Shown: positions 22,701 through 34,700 of the stretch, piece after piece
How positions within the stretch are numbered: position 1 is the stretch's first letter
How the letters are laid out: every line of letters begins with the position of its first letter
From: Catajapyx aquilonaris
Lineage: Eukaryota
DNA: 44,115 bases
Assembly: GCA_000934665.2 (NCBI GenBank)
Contig: JYFJ02003274.1
Span: forward strand, 1-44,115
Direction: 5' to 3'
Notes under the pieces: generated by a model
The model's input: the letters and a program-made list of their open reading frames with translations, nothing else
Told to the model about the DNA's origin: nothing
Database searches by the model: none
Program-made: the position numbers and the translations under genes

Positions 22701-25700
22701 AGCCCTGTGTTGACTGAATGTAACGTCAATGCTAATGGAATGTGACATCTGTTAAATTTCAAATAGATTAGAAAATTAGCTTTCTGGGTCAAATTTTGGA
22801 CTGCTTCTGTGTTGGAATGGTTTCTCTGTCTCACTTGTTACTGAATCCCCTTCCATTTTAAGAGGCCACATGAAGCTGCCTACTTGTAAGGCAGCATCTC
22901 TTGAGACGCATTTGAAAGAAAACATTAGGGGCAATTGGGGGCATTTGAGCTGTCATTTTTAACTAGCTCTCACCATGAAAATTTGTCCTGTCCTACTTTA
23001 ACTATCCCTGTCAAATTTGCAAAACATTTTATCTCATCATGACGTCTATTTTACTACCAAACATGTCAAGGAGTGTGTGCAGTTCAAAATATTGCAGAAA
23101 ATTCAGGGTTCTGATTGGAATTAGAAAGCGAAAATGCAGATTACTGCACAATCTTAGTCAGATCTAGCTAACGTCCTGAGTCTTGATCATGGTACATTTT
23201 CATTATATTGTTATAATTTAGGTTTTGGAGTTGGCAGGTTGTGCTCATTTAAAATTCTTGGCCTTTTTATTTATGTTTTAAAAAGTTACATGATTCTGAT
23301 GTATATCTTGTAGTTCCAGGAAAGTGATCTGAAGCTGCCCGGTCTTCTCATTATTGACACCCCAGGGCATGAGTCCTTCAGCAATCTCCGTTCTCGAGGT
23401 TCATCCTTGTGTGATATGGCTGTACTGGTTGTGGATATGATGCATGGACTGGAGCCACAGACTATCGAGTCCATAAACTTGCTGAAGGCCAAGAAAACAC
23501 CTTTCATTGTCGCACTCAACAAGATTGACAGGTGAGAGAGTAAGAAATCCTATATCGTCACAAGTTATTTAGAGATGGAATTGTGAGGACGATGGGACCA
23601 GTTTTAAGAGTTTTACCAGTTTTACCAGTCCAAATTTCCAGTTTTACCAGTTTTAAGAAGATGGGACCAGGCAACTCTAGTTTTACCATCTGCAGCACAC
23701 ATTTGGTCTTGAGGCATTAGCATTAGTTTGGTTGTTATTGAAGCAATTGTCCTGGGGAGCAAGTACTCAGACTTTCCCAATTAAGAGGTTAACCACTCTA
23801 TCTTCAGGACAATTACTTAAATTACTCAGGATTATGTGTGATCACTAATGCAAGGGCCTATGAAGGCCTGCTGTTGATTACCCAAGATCGGGTTTACCTG
23901 ATTATGCGAATGGTTAACCTCTGGCTCCCAGAATATATTCCATGCTTCTAGCAAGAGTACTGAACTTTAAGTATTGTGATCATAGATGCTTTTTGTGGGA
24001 TATTCAAGTGCAGGGAATCTCATTTTTCTCCGAAATAAATTATACCCATTGCAGTAACTCTTACTGACCAAAATAATGACCATCAATGGACCTAAGATTT
24101 ATCCCTTCTATCCTGTGTCCATGTCCGGTAATTCTGGTAATTTGTAGCATGAGGTATCATCACTCATGATACATTACTTTTTGAAGGCTGTATGACTGGA
24201 AGTCAAACAACAAGAAGGATATCCGTGATCTCATGAAAAGCCAGAGCCCTAACACCATGATGGAATTTGAACAACGCACAAAGGAAGTGATTGTCCAATT
24301 TGCACAAGAGAGCTTGAATGCTGCTTTGTTTTATGAGAACCCTGACCAACGTTCATACGTGTCAATGGTGCCCACCAGTGCAATTAGTGGAGATGGCATG
24401 GGTAATCTGATGGCACTGCTGGTGAACCTCTGCCAGGGGATGCTGGCCAAGCGCCTCTCATACACTGAGGAACTACAAGCCACTGTCCTGGAAGTGAAGG
24501 CTCTCCCTGGCCTGGGACACACTGTGGATGTCATCCTGGTGAATGGACGGCTAAGAGAAGGAGATACCATCGTGTTGGCTGGCACTGACGGACCAGTAGT
24601 AACCCAAATTCGATCTCTCCTGATGCCCCAGCCTATGAAGGAGTTGAGGGTTAAGAGTGCATATATAGAGCACAAGGAGGTGCAGGCAGCTCAAGGGGCC
24701 AAAATTGCTGCCAGGGATCTGGAGAAGACCATTGCAGGGCTTAATATTCTCGTGGCACATCACCCAGACGAAGTGGACATTTGCAAGGAAGAGGTAGCCA
24801 AGGAGCTCAAGTCTGCCCTCGGCGCAATCAAGTTGCAGGAAAGGGGAGTCTACGTGCAAGCATCCACTCTAGGCTCTCTGGAGGCCCTACTCGAGTTCCT
24901 GAGGACATCTAAAATACCGGTAAGGAAGGCACTATCCCATGCTTTTTAAATCACGTGTCAGTTAATACAGGCTAGATTAATTTGATTTCCTGGCAATGTT
25001 ATGCTTTGGTTTTGGTGTTGATAAAGTGTTCCTTTGGGTTTGACTTTTTTTGCCTCTTGTCTTCATCCTTTGCTTTGGAGACAAATGATGTGAGTCATAT
25101 TGTGCCAAAAGTTCTCCCACTGTTCACTTGATGGTGATGTAGATACACATGGTTGACTTGGCTGCATCTCATGTTCCTCCCTTATCTCTTTTTACACATT
25201 TCGACACTTTGGCATCCATCAGTGACAGACCTAAGCCTGTTGACAAGTAACTGTATAAAACAACTAAATTTATGCCAAGCTAAATTTGTCAAATTGGGTG
25301 GATGACTACACTGAAGACTCATGTATCAATTGCCCCTGTTGAAATCATGGATATGTTGTGAGTTCAAGAGATACATTTGCCTTTGTAACATGTTCATCTT
25401 TTCTGTCTTAACACAATTTAATTTCAATGTGGGTGAAACTTCAAGTTGTTTTGTTGCACCAATTTGGACAGGTCAGTTGGAAGGATTGCCATATGTGTAA
25501 GAAGTGAATATTAATAGTGCCGTATCTGTTCCGTATGGTTGTGAAACATGCATTTAGCAAAAGCGTGACATGCAAATCCTCAAACTCTTTTTCAATCACT
25601 TGACAGATTTGACATTTTAGCCACATATCAACCTAGAACCATATAGAAAAGTTGTCATGGGCTTTCTGGAGCATATAATATGTATATGCACTTCCTGGTG

Positions 25701-28700
25701 GTGGCTTGAAATTGAGTTGTTTTCAGTTTTATGTCATAAACCCTTGCATAAACCTACTTCACGTCATAGCGTATGGTAACGTGTCATGTGCGTGGCTTAA
25801 TGTATTGGCATTTCAATACTTGCCCTGAACATTTCCAATGTAAGCAGTAGCATTGGTGATGCTTCTCTATTGTGTATGGCTTCAGATTAATCTACATCCT
25901 TTGCCTCAGTTGAAATATATTCTGTTAAAAACTTGCATTAGAGCTGATCCCACTTGTGTGTAAAAATCCTCTGGGATTGTATGCTTTTGATTGTACGTAA
26001 GAGGAGTGAGTGGAAGATGACCCCTGCGCTGCAGAGTCTGAGGTTGACACGCATTTCAGGCCACATTCTTGCTTCTGCCAGGCCTTATGGGCGACTTTTT
26101 TTTGTAGAGGTTCTGGTGTTGTTGATAATCTCGCTTTGACACTTAACTGCCTATTCAGCCTGGCTGCTGCTTACATACAGGCCAATGTTATGTCAAGGCT
26201 CCCAGAGCCCTGCAGATGTTTGCCGAACAGTTAAAAGTCTGACGATTTACCATGTGCATAAGTCAGGTTGTGTTCTACTTTTAAGTTGTTATTGAATGTA
26301 CTTAGAGTGGGATTGTAGATGGGAAAGAATCACATCAGCTGTGAAGTACAGCATATTACCTGGACTTAATTTCTGCCACACATCCTAACGATGTTTCCTA
26401 GGGAGAAATTATGCTGGGAATTTGATCTTCATAATAGGTAAATGTATTACTGTAGGGTTCCATTATTCAGGAGTTACTGACCACCCTCCACTGAATTGTG
26501 CTGATGGAACTTCTCAAATTCCCATGTCCAATGGAACCAAACAATGCAAACTATAATTAGATGCCAACTACACTCCAGTAAGCAAAATCAATTTCATTTA
26601 CTTTGCCAAGGACATTTCGTAGGATAGTTCATTGTCCTGTGAATATCTCTTTATGATGACACTGTACATAATTTGACATCACACAGAATACCTTGGAAGA
26701 AGCCTGGCATTGGTACTTTAAATTACGTTTAGGTAAAGTGGGAAGCTCCATTGTTTTGGCAAGGTTGAAGCTTGTTTTAAACAAAAATGTGCATATGCTG
26801 TGCAAATGAATGGGAATGGATACAAGTACATACCGGCATGCCACAGCATTACAATCCCATTCATAACCTTCGCTTATTCTCTTGGCCCGCTCCTTGCGAT
26901 TATAAACCCACCTGCTCCGCTCTATTCATAATTCATGTCATTTCTATTCGCCAATCCTGCTCATGTACTCATAGCTAAGAATATTGGTTTATTTTCCATT
27001 TGTTATGTAGTCTTTCAGAGACCATGGTGTGGTATGGGCCATATTAACACTGAAGAGTGCATTGACACACCTACTTGCAGCCATGAAAGGAAAAAGTTTT
27101 GCTACAAACTTACAGATTTCTTTAATCTTGTATTTTTATAACTTCTTTGATGGTAGATGTGATTTACGTTATGGTCTGAGCATGAAACTCTGCCACGGTG
27201 GGAAATGGGACTAGTTAAAAAAAAGTTTGCATGCAGCAGGCATTTCTAGTAAAAACCATGGCCTAAAAAGAGTATAGTGACCAGTCATAGAAGGATGCAG
27301 CCGAAATTTTGATTCATAAATAGGCTCCATAGTACGCATTCTGCTGAACAGGAAAAAGCGAAATTACCTGACCGGAATAGTATGACGAATTGGGAGAAAT
27401 TAGAAGAGAAAGTGAGCATGGGAATTTCTTTTGTGGGAAAATTTTCCTACAGCAATGAAATTCCATGATCCAATCATTTTCTTGGGTTAAAATCAAATGG
27501 GCTCCTAATTTTTTTTTTTTTTTTGAGTGTCCGGTTCAAACATGGGGGCTAGAAGAAGAAGAAAAAAACCCTTCTTGGAAGTGGTTGTCGGCGGGGGCCC
27601 CGCGCATAAAAATGAGTTTGCGGGCCGCGGGTTGCCGACCCCTGGATTGGAGTAAACAGGAAATCAGCAGCTGTGATGGCCACCACCCTGCAGGGCTCGA
27701 GTTTCGCCCCTCAACTTCTTGCAGAGGAAGTCGCGAAAGAAAACCCAAGGGGTCGCATCTGCCCCATTACCTGGCTCCCTTTGAAGAAACCCAAAGTTTA
27801 AAAAAAAGGGGGTCATATGTTTGCAGTGGTGGCTCGAACTATTGACCTCAGGCCCCGTTTCCGGCGGCATGACATCACTGACCAATGTGTGGGTCAGCAA
27901 ACAAGCACGTTTTTGGTGTTTAAAAAAAACACACAAATAAAAAAGGGAGGAGCCTATTGCTCGTGCGGAACGATAAGGCGACATCGTAAAAATTGATTGT
28001 GGACCTTGTGCTTTGTCCCGACCTAGAGGAAAAATAACGGATGAGTGACAAATGGTGGACATCCCTTGTCCTGCTGCTGCATCCATCCCAACATCCCCCC
28101 TTTGACCAATAACTCCCGACCACAACCCGTAACCTTGGGGGCCTTGTCCACATGGAAGTCGGGCCATTTAGCTCTAATCCTGTGATGACGAACATCCTTC
28201 TTAACTGCACAGGATGTGGCTCGTTGAAAAAGGGGTGGTAGAGGGGGGGGGGGTGCAGGGATGGTGCAAAAGTGGGGAGGTGAACTCCATGAGGTGCATT
28301 TGGGAAAAGGGATTTGAAATCGGGAAGGAAGCTGGATCATATCCGACACTATTTTCAAATATAATTGGGCCCTCCTCTATATAATCTGCAGATTAATGTC
28401 AGTGGACTATTTTAAGTAATGGCATATTTGCGGACTGAGTTACATAACACAGTAGCACATGGCGACATGGATGACCTGCCAGCATTTTTCGGGCCCAGTA
28501 ATAAAATGATGGCCTAATCCAACAGCCAGCCAGCCCCCGGAGAGACAGGACCCTCAATTATGTCATTGAAGGGCTGAACGGATACGTAACTTGGAGGCTG
28601 TTGACCACCGCCGGAGTGTCGGAGGAAAAAATATATAGTACTTGTTGCATTGCGCGATTGCAACAAAATGTCGATAAGACATCGCTTGCCCCTCAATGCT

Positions 28701-31700
28701 TTCACCTTGAGGAGTTGAATTTGTGACCCTTTCTATAGAAGACTGCTTATTTACAAACCGAGCTGGGGAAAATTACTGTAGCCGGTGACCCCGAAAGGTT
28801 ACTCCACACAACTGCACCATTCATCAGTTTTAATGCTGGCTGAGGCGATGCGAAATGTATGCGTGCGTGAGTGTGTGACTTGCTTGCTGCGTACACACTA
28901 TAAGGTCGCGCGTGCGGCCTGATGTGGGTGTGTGTGTTTTTCTCGAGATGCGCAGTAAGATGAATCAAGTGCGACTAAGTGCGGGGGCACTTCCGGCCTG
29001 GCCCCCGGGGCGATACGCACCTGACCACAGTGACGTCAGCTTGTGAGGCAATAAAATAGCCGTTTTACACACCACCGAGTTAACCAGAGCACTATTTGAT
29101 AGCGGACATGGCTGGGCATATAGTAGTAGGAAATTTTCTGACGTGGGCGATTATGTCCAGCTATCGGCCACGGAGCTGTGTAAATGACCCTCAGAATTTG
29201 ACAGCCGGATGCGGGTACCGCTGTCAGGCTGTGTTCTCCCCATGTGCCTGACAGGCTGTCCCAGAATGTGATGGAACGGAAGGAAGGACCTAAAATTGCT
29301 CCTAGTCTCTCCCTGTGAATAGATCCCACCCCTGCCGCAGCCAGGCAGGATGTCATTTGGCTCCTGCTTCTGAGGGTTATCAATCTTGTCACCGTGAATC
29401 TCTGCAGCATAAATTTCCACAAGTTGTGGTTATTGCCGGAAGGATCCGTCTTGCACGTATGCTCCTCAGACACGCACCACTGGTACTTTCGGATGTGGAG
29501 GGGGACGGTTTTCTCCAGAGGAAGACTTTTTTTTTTCGGTGGTTTCGAGGGAAAATTAACGGTGTTGACTATGTCCCCTACTAGGCATAAAACACTGGTA
29601 ATGTGGGCAACTCGCTGGAGCTGGATTCCGAACTGCTCTGGAGGCGTTTGCTGATGCTAACTTAAAAGGAAATTTAGTGCGTAGGATGCGAGCTAGTTAG
29701 GCGTGCACAGCGCTGGTGTTGCTACTTTTGGAGTCGTAAGCGTTGGAAGTAATTAGCGGCACGGATTTGTAACAAGAGTAGTGCAACAGGGTGGCACGGT
29801 GAATCAGTGCAAACTGCTGTCATCTAAGGTCAAGGTTTCGGGCTAGATCTCGTCAATTTTTGTCTTCAAACTATTTTTCGGTCCATGTGACTGCATATTC
29901 GGTGGGAACACCCTATAGCCCAAAAGATAAGAAGTAGCACCCCCCCCCCCCCNCCCCCCTGCTCGTAAAACTCAAACTGCTGCGTACCAAACCCCTAGTT
30001 TGCCAATAACCTCCGTCCAAATGGAACCATTTGAAGCAGCTTTTACAGTCCCCTGTAAATATGTCAAGACCTTGCAGCATTATCCTGCGTCGGTATGCAG
30101 CCGGTGTGGCCAGAGAGGTGCACCGGCTGCATACTTTAAGGCGCTGATTGCTTCCGGTAATCATCCTAGAGTAGGAATTGGTCACGCACAGTCCCCTCCT
30201 AAAATTTCTAAGAAGGCAAGCTCCTAAAAGAGGCGTGGATTTACGAGGGTATGTCGCAGCACGGTGGTGTATATAGCTGGCCATGAATGGCGTCCGGAAG
30301 GTGGGCGGGCAGTGGGTGCAGCCCCGTAGGCGAGAAGGGAGTCCGGCCATCGATTGCGGCACCTGCTTGCTGCAAACCCCAAGGCCGAATAAGGGAGGCC
30401 CCTGTTGGTCGAGGAGGGGGGGCTTTGTGAATGAAAACACCCCAAGACCTTATCTGCCATTCACCACAAGTGCCAACTGCCATATTGCAAGCGACACTTT
30501 TGAATGTACCACCCCATCTGGTGCTCGCACAGATTTTTAGAGGTGCTGGCCAGATGGCGTGAGGGCACCTGTCCTATATGTACAGGGTGGGCCAAAAGCA
30601 AAACTGAACCACAAGATGGTAAATCAGAACCTGAGGATGGGGGGTCCTTTCAAAAAGTTTTGAGAAAGCGGGATATATAGCCATGGTTGAAAAAAAATAA
30701 TAGTGGGTGCTCTTTTTTTTTACTGCCCGGAAAATGCTGGGTCAGCCTGCCCTTAGGGGTTATAAAATATATAGGCACCTGAGACCCCCGCCAGTCACTT
30801 CCGGCGAGCTGCATGAATGGTCGTTTCGGATGTGAATGGCCCGTCACGGGGAATTTGGGAGTCAAGTGGTCGAAGGGGCAGTTGTTGCCCCCTCCAGAGC
30901 TGTAATTTGTGCTAGTATCTCAGTGGACCGTGCCTCGTAAATCCTCCCCCCCAAAAAAGAGGGAAGATGTGCCCAGTTTCCCCCCTTTTTCTTCCTTGAA
31001 AGTTGTAGGGTAATTTATTGGCAGATTTAATTTTGTTTGAACTGGATGGTTTACGTCTTTACGACATGAGTTTTCTGTGTGCAATGTAATTAGAACCGAA
31101 TTCGGCATCGTGGGGCAAGCTTCATCCGGTCGACCTGAGCTTCGTGCCGGTGGGATTGCATAGTATGAAACACCATTCATAGTCTCCCCCTCTCACCATT
31201 TCCATCCATCCTCTCTTTCTCTCTCCCCCCTTTTTACGGTTTCCTGGTGGTCAAACGGAAATGGAAATCCTTGATAAAATCCAAGGAAGGAAGAGGCGGT
31301 CATTCCTTCCTGGGAGCCCAGGACGCGGGCAGGCGGGCAGGCAGGCTGGCTGCCTTGTGAATGAGGCTTTGATGTTTCCTGTACGTCCTTTATTCTCTAT
31401 GGTATGGTGCGCCAGGCACTCACCATACTTCCCTTTCCATGCGTGCTTTGCTCAAACTGATGATGGGGGATGGTATGCGACGGGGCTACGGACGGACGCG
31501 GGAAACCCAACGGGATGCACGAGTCTCCTAGCTGGATGCACAGGAGGGTTTAATAAATGGTTTCTTCTTATTTTCAGTATGCAGGGATCAAGATCGGGCC
31601 TGTGGTCAAGAGGGATGTGATGAAAGCGTCTATTATGCTGGAGCACGATAGCCAGTGAGTGTTGCATCGATTGTTGCAATGAAATGGTATTCGTGTATAC

Positions 31701-34700
31701 TAATACTTTGGCTACAGATATGCGGTCATTCTGGCGTTCGATGTGAAGATCGAGAAGGATGCGATGGAGCTGGCTGAATCCATGGGTGTGCGGATCTTCC
31801 AGGCGGATATAATTTACCATCTGTTTGACCGGTTCATGGCCTACAGGGATGAGCTGAAGCAGAAGAGGAGGGACGAGTTCAAGCACATTGCGGTGTTTCC
31901 GTCGAAGCTAAAGATCCTGCCTCAGGTTAGCCATGTTTTAGTGTAAGCTGGATTGTACAGGAATGCGCAAAAAAATGCAACACACTTGCTCTTGTTTACA
32001 GTTCATATTCAACAGCCGTGATCCGATAGTGATTGGCGTGGTGGTGGAGTCTGGTGTCCTGAAGCAGGGGACCCCCATGTGCGTGCCCAGCAAAGAGGTA
32101 AAGCTGCTGAGTGGAATGCTTGATTGGATAGGAAGTGGGTGTGGGAGGAGAACAAGGGGGGGAATAGCGTGGGAGGAGGGGGGGGGGGGGGGTCTGCCTC
32201 CCACACACTTCCTGTTTCTCCCTCGGGATCGATGGGACATGGGGAATGGAGCAAGCGCAGTGTACACATTCGACGCCCCCACTGATATGATTTTGGCCCT
32301 ATGGACCTTGCCCTTGCTGCAGAGGACATACCCCCCCCCTTCCCCTGCAATATTTGGCAATCTGCAGGAAAGAGAGGTCACCTCCCCCCCTTCTCCCATA
32401 GAATCAATTGATTGCATCCGTGCCTAATGGTGTCACGGGTAGTGAATTAGCCTGATGAGAAGTTGGAATGGAAGTAGAGGCGCTGGAAATAGTGGAGTTG
32501 GGAAGTTTTTGGGCGAGGTTCCAAGGCCCGCTGGCGGCCCCCATCACTCATTGGTGGCGCTGTGGATGGTTGGGGTAAAGGGAGGACGCATCCATCTTCT
32601 CCCGGAACTCGTCCGCAGCCATTTTAGACCCGCACCTTTTCGGCGGAAACATCCGGCCCAACAACACTTCAAAAGACACACACCTGGTGGCGGACTTCTC
32701 CAGGACTCCAGGGAAGGGCGGCACATCCCCAACATCTTCATCCTTGGGGAATTGGAAATGAATGGGGAGAGACACCCCCTCAAGTCTCATTCATTGGTTT
32801 TAGACAATGGTCGGGATGGGGGCGAGAGAGGGGCGTGGGTGGGGGTTTTTGCCAAGAGAATCTTCGTCTTCCATGTGAGCCAGCTAGTATTTGGCAGGGG
32901 CGTAGGAATGGGGGAGAAAAGGGGTGTGCTGAGCAGACCAGGGGATGGGGAGTGCCCCCCTATCCCACGGACAAGCATTGCATCTCTGCATGCCATTATT
33001 GATATAGGCCCTTGCATGCTCTTCCTTCCACGATGAATAAGTCGAGAGAGGGATATCTTGAAAGGTGGCATCAGAGCAGCGCACCGTGGGCGGAAAAGTC
33101 CTCAGGAAACGCCCTCCAACGGCACCACAGCCCATTTGACGGGCGAACCACTACTGTAACGGTCTGTCAGGCTCAGGGGGTGCCATCTGCAGCACCGTTT
33201 TTCTAGAACCACCGGATTCACATTACACATACATACCGATCCATCGAGAAGTCACTTGGAAGGAAAATTTATTACAGTAACTGTGATCATGAAATAGTAT
33301 TTGGAACTATATGCTCATCGTGTATTACTGGAGTACCCTTTTTTTTTTGTATACCGAGGGAGAATGGGCCTGTAATTATAGTTGAAGACACTGGGCTCTA
33401 GGGAACCTCGCCACGCCGCTTGCCCTTTTTTATTCTGGGATGCCCTGTACCGTGAAGACGTGCGAAGATGGAGGATCATAGTGCACCCCGGCCGCCACTC
33501 CCCGTCTATGCCACTGGGGCACCCTGAGAAAGTCCCCATGGAGCTCGCTTGCGGAAGTGACGTCCATGCATTTCCTGCAAGGCGGCCTCCTCACAAAAGA
33601 AGAAAAAAAAAATAAGGATAATCATTAAAAAAAGAAGCGAAGATGCAGGGATCGTACGGGAAACCTTATATCACGGGTTTTGCTTAGAGGTTGGCTCTAC
33701 AGACCGCATTCTTTGGCATAGGTTAGGATAGGAGTTGGGCGGTGACACGACCCGCATATTTGCCCCTAGGATTATCTATGCCCTACTGCACTGGATACTA
33801 GTGCGAATTGCGCCGGGAGAGGACCCCCCTGCACTTAATTTTGGGTGTCTGGCCTGCGGATGAGACGTTTCCGATTTGGATGTGGAGAGGGGGGGGGGGG
33901 AGAACATCCTGTACAAGTGTAGGAGAAAGTTATTGAGGAGCGAGGGGAAGTGGGGGGAGATGGGAGGGAGGGAGTCGAACGGAAGTGGGTGACGCTTTTC
34001 TTGGTTCTAGTTGGCAGACGAAGCTCAACGGGCTTACTGTGGGAACATGGATCTCCCATCCTCATCAGAAAATGGGAGAGAGGAAGGAGAGGGAGGGAAG
34101 GGACCTTTACTGACATTGGGATGTCTTTTCCTCCCCCCCTTTTTGCGTCCCTCCCCCAACTCCGGATTCTAAGGTGCCCTTTTGCAAGGACCCATTTGGA
34201 TGTTGAGGCTCACTTTTGATTGTCATGAAGAGTGTTGGCGGTTGACCTCTGGATGTGGAGCGAATAAGTAAGGAGGCCCTTGCCGGGATGCAATTAGCAA
34301 AGTCGGGAGGCTGGAAAGCAAACTTCCTCTACCGGTTACTTATAATGCATATGTTGGCATCCGCTCCCGAATCGGTGCGCTGACCCTATGCCAGCAGTAG
34401 GATTTTTTTCTCTCTCTCTCTCTCTCTCACCCTATACGTCTCTCTCGCCCTCTGTGGCGCCCACTTCCTCCACTTGGTCGGGAGGTCACTGTATTGTCAA
34501 GAACATGGGTAGACGCGTTGACAGTTCGGCGGTTGATCGACGAAAGGTTTTTGTCAAATACGTGCTTCGTCTTTTTTTGTGTGCCCTGGTAGCTCGGTTT
34601 ACAAATTGTCCTAATTATTTGAAGTTTAGTTCATTCTTGCAGTTTGCGAGCATGAATCAATGCTAATTGACTGACCCAAAATTCTGGACACATAGGTAAT

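Noticed and set aside
23598..23690. Repeated GTTTTA units superficially like CRISPR repeats
   Set aside because: The units are ~9 bp and adjacent, have no unique spacers, lie in a eukaryotic intron, and no cas genes are present.
29941..29960. Ambiguous base inside a poly-C run (also at 36710)
   Set aside because: This is sequencing uncertainty in homopolymers and not a biological signal.
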